Of a stretch of DNA of 64,000 nt, positions 12,001 through 27,000 are shown in pieces (position 1 is the stretch's first letter; each line of letters begins with the position of its first letter). A model generated the notes under the pieces. That model saw only the letters and a program-made list of their open reading frames with translations. It did no database searches and was not told the origin of the DNA. The position numbers were made by a program, and so were the translations under genes. The stretch comes from Lingula anatina (taxonomy: Eukaryota > Animalia > Brachiopoda): positions 4,898,001-4,962,000 of the forward strand of contig CM120641.1 of the NCBI GenBank assembly GCA_051362555.1, written 5' to 3'.

Positions 12001-15000
12001 TTCTGCCCATGAATTGGGGGGAAAAATAGCCTGATTGTTAGATTATGTAAATGGTATCCAACATTGCTTGTTATGTTACTCTAGAGAGTCTAAATAACCT
12101 TTTACAATATTCAGCAAAAATCATTTTTCTCAACCACAATAATTTTTCACTTTTTTGTACTTTGATCTGTTATATTGAATTGAACACAGTTCCCGTAAGA
12201 CCTGTGTAAGAAGATTAAGCATAATACAACTGTGAAAGATAAATTTACCACAAAATCAATCTCCACTGAACAAAAAAAGAGATTTCAGTAGCATGTTCTT
12301 TCAGATTAGGTTCCGCATTTATCTTTTCTTTTAAAAAAAGGTATAAAGTATCTCAGAAAAGCCATTGTTGACGCAGAGCATTATAAGGTGCTTATACCCA
12401 GAGTCTTAAAGGAAATTAATTTTTCAGTTGGCAAGTTTTATACTATTGGACTATGGGACGTTTGCATCTGGTAAAAGATAAACAGCTCGTAAAAGATAAC
12501 TCCATCATTAAAAATCCATCGTAAAAGTTACTCAGTGACTCAGAATGGCTTCTCTTGGAGTTGGGGGGAAAATATGTATTATTAGGAAGTTTTAGTTGTA
12601 ACTGCACTGACATGATTAAGCGAGAAGTTCTTAAATAAATTTGTGAGTTTATGAAAGATTCAAACAATGAGTCCTTCCCCTCTTTATATGTCGAAATTAT
12701 TTCAGTTCTGAATTTTTTTTCTATGCTTTCATAAATGTTACCAGTCTGTGTAATGATACATGTATGTCGAGACAACACTTATCATGCAATAGCAACCGTT
12801 TTTGTTTGTGATACATAATAAATGCTCACAGTGTTTTGACCTTGAAGAAAACAATTCTGTCAGTAGTCAGAGATGTTTGAATGGAAGGGTTTTCATAAAA
12901 GAAGATTGACTGATCCTTGAGTGCAGTAATCATGTTTAGGTGCCGTGACACCTTGTAAAGTATTGGAACATCAGTATTCATGGATTTTTTAATAAAGAAA
13001 ATTTAGGGAATCAATTATGCTTTTGTTCTGATATGTGATTATCAAATTTAGAGTAAATGGGAATTGCCCCCAACCACCAGGCAGGGGTTTTATTGATATT
13101 GTAACGGAAAGTCATCTCTAGATTTTTAACTTAATGCTAGATGTAACATTACATAATTATAAAAGGTAGATGTATATGTATATACATATATCCCCAAGAG
13201 CATTCATTGCAATTTCAGTACACAGTACTTTCATGATAATCGCCTATCCAGCACTCAGCCATATATAAGTGCGTGTGGCTCGCTGGATTGTATTGATTGA
13301 TGACTATTTGATTATACTCATTAGTTAACTGTAACTTTGCATGCCTGTGTTTTTCAGCACTTCATTAGGCTAAAGCTTTTGACAGTTTATAATGAACGTT
13401 GTAAAATTAGCAATCTGGAATATTGTTAGATCTACAGTTTTAGAGAAAAAAATTGCATGTTTGAAAGTTGTGAAATACTTATTGGAGCAACATTCCCAAA
13501 GAGTAGTTAAGTGTATTTTATGGTGTAACAGTTCAGTTTGCCAAGAGATTTAGAGCTACATGGTGACATCTTGCCAAAGTAATTTTGCCTTTCTTATTAA
13601 GTAAATTTACATATTTTTTACATGGTATGATTTAAAAAGTCACTAACAGCATGGTTTTTTTAAGACCATTTTTCTTGTCTTATGAAAGATTTCCATTCCG
13701 GGTCTTTTGTATTCCACAGGCTCAGCATGGAAGTTAGATGAAGATGGGGATTCTTCCGACTCTGTAGCGACCAGCACTGAAGACACGGGGAATTTCTCAC
13801 GGGCACCCTCACAACTTTTCTACACAACACCACCTAAGACAGTAAGTTCATTGAAAATACACTATACATATTTTACATTTTTTTGTCACCACAAATTCCA
13901 GAGTTGATATAATATATATCCAAGTAAGCTGGTATCAAGACATTAATATGATACACTTTAACTTGACTACGCATTGGGTTTCAGTGTGCTTATGTTGTAA
14001 TAGCCTTCTATTAAAATGAACTTACAGACTATCAAATGATAGAATTGCAATTACGTTGCATAATCCATACAGCAGACTAGAGTAAAGAAGTCAAGCTGAG
14101 ATTGTTCAATTTGTGAAAGAGGTTGATATTTTTCATGATCTGTTTTCTGTCTGTCTCATTTCTAATGTGCGGTTATTAAGGCATTTTCTGCTTGTTAGAT
14201 TGGAGGCATGTGGCTTCTAATGCAATACATCATAGCTTATGATGGATATGATGGTCACCATATGTAGAGATTTTCATCATTATGATAAAATGATGTTTCC
14301 ATCCAACTACGGGCATTTATGTCTATTTCATGCTTTGCCAGTTTTGTTTATGTTTTTTTTCACATGTATAAACTTATTTTGTGACCTTAAAATTTCAATA
14401 TTCTGAACTATGCGGAATATTAAGTTTTGGATTTTTTCATCTTTATTTACAAAATTTACCAACATAAAAAAATTATTAATAGTACACGTAAGAAATATGC
14501 TTTTAAATTTAAAAGTCAGTGGGAAATTTGTTTCCAGCTATAACTGCCTCTCCTTATAAAAGCTTTTCAGTTTCATTTTCTTGTGGTTGTGATGATAAAA
14601 ACAGGGTAGACAGACACTACATTTAGTGTAAAACTTGGGAGACTTGCTGCTATCTCCCTTCATGATTTATTTAGGAGAGGATCATTTCCTCCGCTGTTCA
14701 CAAGCTGTTTTTGCTCCTGGAAATGACTGTAAGGGAGAAAAGTTAAATGTCATCACATATCATCAAATGAAACTTTTTTTCCTGTGGCTTCCCTAGCCTG
14801 GCAAAAGCATTGTTAAGCAGCATGGCTCTGGCACAAGTAAACACAAGTTGCCTCAAATGTTCAGTTCAAAAGGGTTGTGAGTGGATGGATAAAAATTTGA
14901 AGTAGATTGATTGATTTGGTGAGATTCCAAACAGAGAAGCAAATCAGAGTGATTGTAACTATTTTCATTATCTTGACTGTCCAAATTGCACTAGCTCATA

Positions 15001-18000
15001 AATTACTGCATTTGCTTCAGAATTGGCAATTATATGATTTATTTAGAAGTTACTTATGACATGAGTGAATAGGATTGTTTTGGATGTTTTGATTGTAATT
15101 GATAAGCACTCAATTGATTTATAAAAAAATTCTGAAAGTGTTTTTTAAGTATTTAAATATGTGTATTTCAGCAAATGGCAGCTATGGTAGGAGATCATAG
15201 GTGAGTTTCTTTTCAATTTTATTTCATTTCAGTTTAAACTAATGCTAATTAATGGCCCAGCTGTGGGTGGAAATGCTACCAACTAATTATCTCTAATTAT
15301 TAATAGTAATTCTTGTAAAATATGGCTCTGTGAAGGGAGGTTTGGAGGGACACCCCACATGGCAGGGACTCGACGGGAAATTGATTTCCGTGTCTTGTGA
15401 AATCTTTGAGATCCAAATCCTTGAGTTGAGATTTATAACCTAGAATTGCTGTTATGAACTTTTATAAATATGTGTTTTATTCTAACAATTTTAGTTTTAC
15501 TTGAGCTCTAGTTGTGCATGGACATTATCAAAAGGTTAAATGCAATGTTTAAATCCTGTGACCTTGATAGAAGTGACGTTTAGCGGATAGGGAATTTAAC
15601 TGATACCATCCAGACATCATATCAGCTGGATATTTTTTATAATTCTACTCTGCAGGGGACTCTTGCTTAATTGCATCCAGTGTGATCAGCTTAATTATCT
15701 GACGTGCCTTCTTAAATAGCCAGTGGGTAATTAACTTTGGTAGCAGTTGAGAAGGGTGTTAGACGTTTAAGCCAACTACAGTAAAAAAAATTACACTTAG
15801 GGAGAATCTCCCACAGAGTTGGGTTGATCCAGCTTGTATGATGGTTTTTTTCCGAACACTCCCCTAGGCAGTTACTTCTCCTTTTTCTTCCTGCATCACA
15901 TTGCTAAACAGAAAATTTGATCCTTTGGTAAATGTACACATACAGTAATATATCTCTTGTACTTACATCTAATGACATAAGGGCAGACGTTAATGTCTGT
16001 TATTCATTATTGGTGCCAAAGTGTTGTGTTAAACTGAAAAAAAAATGGTAACTTGTAATACCTCTTAATTGTGCTGACACACCCAAAAACATGTGCATCG
16101 CATTTTGCTGCAAGTTAATTGTTGGTTTTGACTCTTTAAAATGCTGAATAGTAGCAAACTTCAGCAGTCTTTAAACCTTGTTGATTTTGACTAAGATAAA
16201 TGGTTAATTTTTTGCCTCATTTTCCTAGTTGTGGAGATCGGCAAAGCAGCACAAGTCGACTTGGTAGAAAGCTGAGTGAGAGGGAGAAGAGAAAAGATTC
16301 CAAAAAGGGGAAAATGCACCAAAGATCCCATAGTGTGGATTAGTAAGCAAATTTTTGTCATAAAATTTTTTCAATGGCCTAATTAATTCAAGTATTGGAG
16401 TTTAAGCGAGTTGCTGAATGAAGAAAGTTTAAACATTTTAGTATATTTATTCTTTGGCATTTGCAAGAGATCAATTATTTATTTCTTATCTTTTTTTAAG
16501 AATAATTTAATTGGATAAATATTATTTTTTTAAAGTTCAGATGGACAGCTGCCTGAGCCCCAGCCTGTGTTTGTGGACCGTGTTCTCCATGCATCTCCAA
16601 GTGCTCCTGGGAAACTAAGCAAGATGGCTGTTAGTGGCTCCATCTCTCCATCTGGTAGATTGGTACGCTCTCTCTCAGGTAAGCCAAGATCAATGAGATT
16701 TAATGTCAGATAAAAAGAATGACAGTAAAATTCGTAACACAGGTGGAATGACATCAATTTTTTTCTTTGTTTTGCAGTAAGAGTACGCTTGACACTTGAA
16801 TATTTTTTGTGTCTTGTATGCTTTATTGCAACCAAATTCCTACCAAAAATAGAACTAGGTTAATGGCACTGGTCTCAAGTTTCATTGTTGGGCTACTTAG
16901 CTTGTGTACTGACCATATTACATGGTGTTAAGTGTCTCTAGAATAAGGCCAATAGGACATAAACACTGCAACCCTACAAGGCTAACCTGGCTGTGAGCAC
17001 AAAAATGTCTTTTTGAAAAAGGTGTAATGTAATATTGACAAAATCTTTCCATTATTTCACTGTAGCAGTTTTTAAATTAAATTTACATCAAGAGGAAATT
17101 TGACCCCCCTAGTGGCTTTAATTTGTGAAGTTGAAAGATGGTCACCAGGAAATAATTTAAGAAAAATAAATGGCACATCTTTACATCTGTGCTATATTGT
17201 TATCAAGACTCATGTAACTTAATACATTCGTTCATGAAATTCTCTTGAGGGTTATTGTGAGACAAAATTGAAAAATGATTTATATCCGACATATATCTGC
17301 CTAATGATAGCAGGAGTAAGATTATCCGTGGAATGGAAATTGGCTTCATTGACGTTGGCATTCACAAAATAGGCGTTTGGTTATAAAATTGAAAAAAAAG
17401 AAATCCTCTAATTCTGTCCCTTATTTCTAAAATAGTGACTGTTTATATCTGTAAGCCCCTCTCCCACTGCTTGGTTAAAATGGTTCTACCAATGTGATAA
17501 AGGCATTACACAAAGACTTCATTGTTCCACTCTTGATTTGTTCAGTGACTCATGACTTGTCGTCATGTTACAAAGGATTATATTCTAAAGCAATTTGGTA
17601 TTCATGATATACAAGTCTGTTTTTTTTTTTTAAAGGTATATGCCTTTTTTAACAAGGAGAGAAAAGCTGTGAATGTTTTTTGTCTAGCTGTACGTAACAA
17701 CTCCTGGCACAGTACAGAAATAAAATTTTAACGTTCTTCTGAGAAACATTTGAACATGCACTTGTCTGATACCTGTTGTGTTCTTGTCGGTTCACATTCA
17801 GCATTTGGTTGTGCTGAGAGAATCTTATCTGTCTCTCCTGTCACAATCACTGGATGCTGTTTTCTTTAGCTGCCATAACTTAAACATAGTGTGCCCAATT
17901 CTGAAACTCAACTAGTGCTCAATATTTGTGTTTTGATATTTAAATTCAATAGTGGCTTTGATAGTATCATTTCTTTGATCTTTTATTTTCCCTAGGATGA

Positions 18001-21000
18001 ATTTGAAAGTAGCTGGTATGTCATGTGCTGATGCACAGGTATGCATGCATATACAATGACAGTATTCCTGTATATTTGTTAATTTGTTCATTTCTCTGAT
18101 CCTTGCACATGAATACTTTACAGTACATTTAATATCTTCAGGTACATCTAAACGGAAAGGGAGTGTTGATTCCACAGAAAATGAAGTTGCCAACAAGCCA
18201 GAGAGGAAGAAAAGTGATAAGAAGAATAACAATGTTCGATATGATATCAATGGTAAATATTTTTAATTATACCATTTATAATGAGTTTTATAAAGTGTGA
18301 CCATTTAAATGGAATGTGAAATTATGACTTCTCTGTAAGTAATGATACAGATCTATAGTTAAAGTGCTTGTGTTAAAGCAACATCTCTTGTGCAACTTGA
18401 ATCTGCTGCTGGTTAATTTTCAGCTTCGTTATCTTATCTCTGCCTCAGATTTGTAAATAAAAAATGGGGTATTGCAGGTAAAGAAAAGTGGTATTTCATG
18501 CTTAATTGATTTGATGCATGTTGCAGGAGTCAGAAAAGCTGATTTGTTGGTAAATCCAAAGTTTTTTCAAACCGTTAAGCATTTTCTGAGACAGACCAAA
18601 CCTGGTACTTAGCATGAAGCGTATATTTAGCTAGATATTTCTAAATTTAGATGCCAGTCTATGCTGGGACTTCTTACTCAATCTGTACATAGTAACTAAT
18701 ATATTTATTGACAGTAGCCTTTGACGGAGACATGTTCTCTTTGCTGGAGAGAATGTAAAAACTACTTTACAGAAAGATATGACATTTTAACATATGTTAA
18801 ATTGGCAGTTTTGACTGATACATGCATCTCCAAATAGTGCATTAATCATGTATTGCTGCAAGTATAGATATTTACGCAAAAAAGAGCATTTTTCATTATT
18901 CAAAAATCTAAAGAGATGCAGTTGTTTTATCATTGTTTGTTTAGAGATTTATCCTGACACGTGCACACATACACATGTTAAGTATGAAAACATGCAAGCA
19001 AATGAGAGGGACGGAGAATGTGTTAAAACCACCCAGCAACATTTTCTAGATTTGCAGTGGATACTTTGAATCCACTTCTCTCTTTCCTGTCATTGGCACA
19101 GACAGCCAGTGATGGATTGCTTGCCTTTCCTTGCCTTATTATTTCACACCCAATGAAGAGGTGAGGGTAGAAACTCTGAACACCTTTCTCCCCATGCTGG
19201 TTCTTCACTATTTCCCCAGCCATAATACACCTTTTAATTGTCCTGGAACCAGTGGGCATATAGTTCAACAATTATCTCTTTGGTGATTTGCCAATATTTT
19301 TAAAAAGCTTTCTGAAGAATCTTCATGGCAGAAAATATTTAATTCAAATACAGCAGCTAGATTTAGTTTAATATTATGTGACTTTTCTTAATTTTTATTA
19401 CCATTATGTAAATATGACCCAATGATATAATGTAGGACTTACATAAACAGGTGCTCAGACTTGTAGAGTGGGTTGAAGAGGAAATGTACTAATAACATGG
19501 GCTGGATGATAGTTCATCTGATATGCTCCTTGGAAAGTGAGTTTTAATTAACAGGAAGTATTTAAAGCAACATATGTTTCTGTTGAAAACAGCAAAATTG
19601 CAGTTCCTGTTAATAGTTAACAGTCAAAGCACTAGTTTTTAGCCTATTAATATATAAGTTTAAATGTGAAACAATGTTTTGAATTAACGTAAATCTGCAG
19701 TCTGTTTTCAATTTTATATTTACTCATCTGGCCATCATTAGAAAAAAAACAAAAATGAAGATTTCAGTTATTTGACTAGGGAAGATAATCCAACACTGAA
19801 TTTTCATTTTTTTTTTTAATTTTCAAGTGTTATTTATCTCTTATGACGTGATAAACCACAGGTTCACAAGATTTAGAAAATTTGAATTGGCAGCAATAGT
19901 GCTTACAACATTGAGGGCATAGTGAAATATTGTGCTGGTGTTTTAGGGTCTTGGCCTCTGTGCCAAAGTTTCTCACTCATTTACTTCATGTAGTATCCTT
20001 TTTTCTAAATTATACCATCCATACATCACTTTGCCTGCTCATTAGGCTGCCGTGATATAGTAAATCCCAAACAGTTCAGAGCCAGAAAACCATAACAGTT
20101 TTTCATTGTAACATCTATTTCTGTCATACTTTTAGTGGCTTTAACAGTTAATTGCCCACTGAGTGGATGAGTTTTAGGTTGGAGTTACTTGTTTGCCATT
20201 TAAAACTTGTATGATCAAACAAAACCCGCTTTCTACCTGTAGGTAAGGGCCCGACAGCTAGCCTGCACGTCTTGTTCTTCTGACGTAGGTATAAGCAGTA
20301 GTCTGCACCCAGGCTGTTAACTGGTAATGTCTGGGTCTTAGTTGTGTATTCAGGATGATGTATGCTGAGTAGGATGGGCCTTGTCCAAACTGTTTGTCTC
20401 TGCCATACAGATCTCCACAAGCATTTAATTGAACAGTTTTTCCCAGGTGTGAGCTACAGGATAATTTTATGCAGTTTAAAATACAATATATAAAACTGCT
20501 ACCATGCTGGAGATAAAGAGCAAATTTGAATTGTTTAGGTTGTTGTCTTTTTTCTTGGTGTATTGAGATCAATTATATTTTATGCAAAGGATTTTTTCAT
20601 AAGTTAATTAAAAAATGATTACTGTTTTTTTTATGTTATAACGAAGATGGCAAATCCAAAATAAAGATGCCCAGTTTGTATTTGTTATTTCAAAAGTAGT
20701 CTAACAGGAGAATAGTTTTTTAATTTAATAGTCCAAAACAAATTTGATGCATCATTTCAAGAAGATAACCCAAGTTAATTAAATGATTACTGTTTTTTTT
20801 TTTTTAAATATTATAGCGAAGATGGCAAATCCAAAATAAAGATGCCCAGTTTGTATTTGATATTTCAAAAGTAGTCTAACAGGAGAATAATTTTTAAATT
20901 TAATAGTCCAAAACAAATTTGATGCATCATTTCAAGAAGATAACCCAGAGCGTATATGAAGACATTAAGGAAATGGCATTGGTGGGTTAAAATGACTGAC

Positions 21001-24000
21001 AGGCACTCTCACCTAGGCTCCACCAAACTCCTTAACCATTCATGTTAAAGAAACATTAAGGAACTGCACACTGTTGCAAGGATGGCATGGAAAGCATCAT
21101 TTGTAGGTGTGCATTTATAAAGTCTGCCAACTCTGCCTGGGACGCATGATGTACAAAAAGATTGCCAGTTGCCCAAAGACTTTGCTAGTGATTTCACGTG
21201 GAGACTGGAGATAGTTTGGAGAGATTGGACTCTTTATATAGAAACAGGGCTGGCCTGTGGTCAGGCTAGAATAGACTGAGTCACACAAGGAAGGTGTTTT
21301 GTTTAAATGTTGCAGGAGACAGATAAGGATAGCCACAAATAATGTGACAAGCATGGTTGCACGTAGATAGATTCATTTTTTTTTTATTTTAGCTAATATT
21401 TATTTATCTTTATGTAAACTTGGCAAGGGGACATAGCTGTGCTTTTTCTTTTATCATTTACAACTGAAATGGCTACCAGGTCGAGATATTACCAGAAAAA
21501 GACAGAAGAGAAAAAATCTCTGCCAGGGTATGAGTTTGGCAGACTGACAGAGGAGAGTAGGACAGAGTTAAAGCATAATTCTCACAGTTTTAATGATTTC
21601 TCTTCATTGTCCTCTGCATCAACAGCAAGAACTGTGGTGCTGCCAGAAATTATCATTTCTAGTGAAGCAACTGATAACAAAGATGACCAAGAGCATGCTT
21701 CAGGTGGTAACGAGGGTGTTAAGAAGACCAGGAAACCAAAACGATATCAAAGAACTTCGAAAGTGACTTTGACAGACAGGTCGAATACAGACGAAGAAAA
21801 ACAAACTTCAAATGAAGAAGCAAATGACACGAAGAATACACTGCAACCCAAGCCAAAAACAAGAAAAAAATATCAGAAATCTAAGAGTGACTCTCCTCTT
21901 TTTAGTTTAAGTGGTTTGTCACAAATGGCTGCTTCTACCATGAAATTATGCAAAGCCATGGTCGAACATGTGCAGCCAGACTCTGGTGAGAAAATCAAAG
22001 AAGTTAAAAAACAAAAGAGATATTATAAAAAGTCTGTGAGTGACACTCCAGTTTTTAGAAAACACAAAGACGAATTGGGGTCAGAGACTGACAGTGCAAT
22101 TTCTTTCAGACTAGATGTTGACTTAGCTTCTACTTCACTTCATAGGTGCTCTGTTTCTGCATCAGATATACGTTCAGTTATGTCCACAACTAGCTCTTTG
22201 GACAGTTCTGAGGGAAGTTTTGAAGAACCTGTTTGGGCATTGGGCTATAGTGATACAGAGAGCGAAACATCGGAAGTGTTTCTGCTATGTTCAGACACTC
22301 CAAACTTATCGGCATCATTTGAATCTTTACCCAATCTTGAAATAGAATCTAAAGAATCTCTCAAACATACCAAAAGATACAGGAAATCTTCAAGCGATAA
22401 TTTGAAGCCTGTGCCAAGAGTTGAAAATTTGAAAACAACTGATGAGAGACTGACTGAAGGCAAGAAGAAGTACCGGAGGTCTTCCAGCGACAAGCCTGCT
22501 TTAGGGCGCCGGCTTTTGCATCAGCTTTCTCTGGAAGGAAAACCAAGAAACACTCGTAAAACTTGGCCTATCTTGCAAGAAAATAATAAACGTTTTAACA
22601 TTACAGATCTCTTTGATGCTGTGGAGCACCAAGACATGGACCTTGCTAAATTGATATTAGAGGCAGAAGATTTAGACGTTAATAGGTGAGTTTTGTTTCT
22701 CTGCTTTATTTGTTTTGCATCTCTCTCTCTCTCTCTCTGAAATTAATTATTATGTAAAAATCTAGAAAAGGTTTATTTTAATGGATTTTCTATAATTCTA
22801 ATTATGTAAGAGTACAATTATGAATTTTTTAATGTTCTAAAAATGATTGAGTGCGTGATAAGAAAAAAATTAACTGAAGTACTTAAGAAAACCTTTTGGA
22901 CGTTGAAGTTTTGCTTCCCTGGATTAGGAATGTTAGTGATATGTGCTGATGGTCTGAAGGGCATGAAATTTGAATGAAAAAAGGATTTGATTGATAGTCT
23001 TACAAAATAGATTCAGCAGTTTTTTTGTTTTTTTTTTTCAATAAAAATGGGCACAAATTTAGGTATATTTTTAAAAGGTAACTTTCATCTGAGATTTTCA
23101 GGTAAAGGCATTTGTTTAACAAGTGCCACTGAAAAAAAAAAAAAAACTAACAAAAAAATTAGTGTAATGGTTATCCTATCTTTTATCTGTTTTTTAACCT
23201 CAGTGGAATGCTTTGGTTTGTGAAACATGGTAAAACTACACTTTAAGACACCTTCCAGTTGAAACTTTCTGTCAAGGATGCTCAGAATCAACAAGGCCTG
23301 GTTGATATGCACCTGTCATTGATCAAACTAGTGTTAATTCCAGATGATGCAAATCGTTCAAATCCACACGACCTTAAACTCATACATTACTATTCCTGCA
23401 GTGTCAAAAATAAAGCAGGTTTACAATTCAGAAGTATGGGATATCTTTCTAATTAGGTATGGCTCATTTATGGGCCATTTTTTCGAGGGGGGGGGGAGCT
23501 GAAGAATGAAGAATGCTAAATTGATTTTTCCAGAATTCTTGGAATTTAATCTACCTGCTTGGATGATGATACTTTTACCATTTACTTCTTGAAATGAACT
23601 GCCTTGCTCATTTCCACTCTCATTTCCTTCACGGTATATCTTTACACTTTTCATAGATTTTATATTGTTTTTCTTTTAAAAATAAAGCCATAGTATTATC
23701 CCTTCTTTTCAAGGATTTTTTTTTTTTTTTTTTTTTGCTTCATAGGGTTAAGAATATGTGCATTTCTTCAGTATAAATAACTTTTGATAAAATCGTATTT
23801 AGAATTTGCATGAGAAGTGTAATTTGAACTAGTTGAATCCAAAGAACTATCTGGGGTAAGCATTAAGAAATGGCTTACACCATGCACACTCACTCATCGT
23901 GTCTGCTTTATAGAAGGAGAAAAGATATTGAGGTGATTCAAGGGCACCAAAACCACCAGATGCATTAATTTTGATTTCTTTCTGAAAAACATGGGGCAAA

Positions 24001-27000
24001 TGGGAGGAAACAAGTTGTACAGACATGTTTATTTGAATACTCCTGACCAGTGTTTGCTTGAACTTAACTAATGGAGCAGAGTCTCTTAGCAATGGGCTAT
24101 TGCACTGATTAAGTCCTTTCCACTTTTATGAAGATGTATGAAATACATGATGTACCTGAATGGTTTCTGTGGAGGTCCATTTCTGGTCCAGTTGTGATGG
24201 CGTAACATGGGACATATTATCTGAGCAGAACCTTTATGAACTTTATTAACAATATATTGGGGGTCTTTTTAACAGCACCTAACTCACATTGTTTAAGATG
24301 GCAATGGGTAGGACAGGAGGAAGATCAGATTGGCTTCTTTTGGTTAGAAATTTCATCACTTGGTCTGGTACAATTTAAGTTAAGCTATTACACTTCGCTC
24401 CAAATGCAAACTAAGATAGGTACATTCAGTTTTTTTTCTAAATAGATATTTTGATGACAAAAAGATCAAGTGACACATTGCATCTTATCTTTTGTTTTTA
24501 TAATTTTAACTCTATAAAAACACATACACCTCATTTTAACAAAAAGAGGATGAGAAATGAAAAATTTAAAAGAGCATGCAGGGAAAATGTCAGATCCCAC
24601 TGTTCCAAAGGCTTGGTTAAAAAAGTGATCCCTTCCATTTCAGAACATTCTATATTGGATCTATATTTATAGTATGAAAAAATATGCTTAATCACCACTG
24701 AAGCCAGCTAATGTTTTTCTTACACACTATATTTTAGTATGAATGAAGAAGAATTGACACCACTAGATGTCGCTGTGATGACCAATCATGTGCCAATGGC
24801 CAAGATGCTACTAACTCTTGGTGCCAAAGAAAACCCAAAATGTAAGTGTGTTTTATCATTATATAAGATTTTTTGTTACTTTTTAGATTGGTGTATGTAT
24901 TTTTTAAACATTTTATCCAATTTATTTATACTTATTGGTAACAGTTTTATTTTCCTTAATGTTAATGAAAGCACTTGATTTATTCCAAATTAAAAGATTT
25001 CTTATTCTTTTTCTTTGTGTTTGATATAGGTGAAAATAAAATAATGCTAAGCTATATTTTTTCTCATCTTTTTTTGTAGTTTTACAAGAAAACCGTTCCC
25101 TCCAGCTAAACACGTTGATGAATGACACTTACAAGAAGGTGGTGGATCTGACCAGTATGGTGGTGAACAGTGGGGGGAACATTGGGTCTGGGAAGGTAAA
25201 AAAAAAAGTAGTGGTAGTTTTTGATAATCATGCTTAAAACACGACCCACTTTGCACAATAACTAAAACTTTATTTGATGAAGATTAAGATTTCTTTTTTG
25301 ATACTTCAGACCGTTATCCCCTGATACCACAGATAAATGTTTGGAAAAAGAAATTTATGATTTTGTAATGAGATGTACTAGGTATGAAATTCTGAGATTC
25401 TACAGAAAATTTCTAAAATATATCCCCCTTTAAAAACAAAAGAATACAAAACAAAATGCAATATAGTACAATGCATTGTAATGGAGTACAGTACAGTACA
25501 ATACAATACAATACAATATGGCTGTCTTCCAAACAGTATTTAGATCTCATATTTTAATCTCATCTAGTTCAAAAATATTTTTTTCAAATCAAAATACCAT
25601 ATTAATACTAAAGGATTCTGTAAAGTTGAGGCAATGAGCTAAGACACCTTACAAGTTATATCCTTATAATTGGTAGTTTATTTTGAACAAACAAGTTCTC
25701 TAAATTGTATTAGCCTATGTGTTTTTAAGTATCCGGTTGAATCTTTTGGTGAGGTGTTTAGAGGCACTTAGTCTTCTCTGTAGCAAACAAGCTTAAAGGG
25801 CAAGCAGAGGATGAAATCTTCCACATATCACTACCACCATGGATGGTTTATTGGATGTTCTGTCAAACACAAAAGATCTTTACTGTGAAGCTCTTTCTTC
25901 ATTGGTGAATTTTGTGGTCAAATTAGAAACATTTAGCAATAATAATAATATCATGTAAAATTAATATTAGGCCTGTAGCCAGCAATTTCAAAAGGGGGGT
26001 TCTTTTTTTCTGAAAAAGTGGACCCTTTACCATGACACTTTTGTGTACCTAGATAAGATTTTATCCAGAGGGGACCCCCCCACCCCCACGTTTTATTGGT
26101 GTCCCTAGAGGTCCATTTCAATCCAACCCTTATGTAGTCTGGCCATCAGAAGAACATTTCTATTCTTTGGTTTCAGTTACTCTAACTATACATAAGCATT
26201 CAATGACATAAAGCCTTACAACTAATTATGTATATAAATTATAAAAGTTAAAAGTGGCAGCTTTGGGTGGAGCTGCCTTAATGGTCAGAAGACATCAATT
26301 ACAAAATTGTCTCTCACCTGGGGGAAATTCCACACAGGAAGTTTAATCTTTTGTGTCCAGGTGTTAAGAGACAAATGTTAAATGACAAATGACATTAGGG
26401 CCATTAACTTAGTAGTAGAAAGTCCAGTTCTTTACACGTGTGAAAGGACAGATTAAGAAAGATGTAAGAATTAATTGATATCCTGTGTATAAGTGGATGA
26501 TAGCCGCCTTCATCCTACTGGAGTGTAGGACTGTTGAAATTCTAGCGAAAAATGTTTAAAACGTGTAGGTGAACAATTCTGACATTTGTGCAGTTCAATA
26601 GCCAGCGACAATGACATTAACAATGCAGTGATAGAATGAAAAGTGACTCATGTTGACTGCTGGTGTACAGACACTAATGATATTGAACAAGAATGAGATC
26701 AGCTCCCTTCTGTCTCTTTTATTTTTTCAAGTGGCAAAAACAATGTACAAAAAGACCCATTTTGAAAAGGTAATAACTTGGTGCAAGGTTTGTGACCAGA
26801 TATTGTTCAAAAATCCAAGGAATTGACTAATATTCAGGTAAGAAAACTGCCAAAGTTTTTGTTTTGATTTTCAAGAATTTAGCTGATTCAAAATATTAAT
26901 CACATGATTATGCAAATTGTGTAGTTTATGTAAGTTGTTGAATTTTGACGCAAATAAAAGTGGGAATGAAGGAAACGTAGGAAAATAATAATTAAAATAT

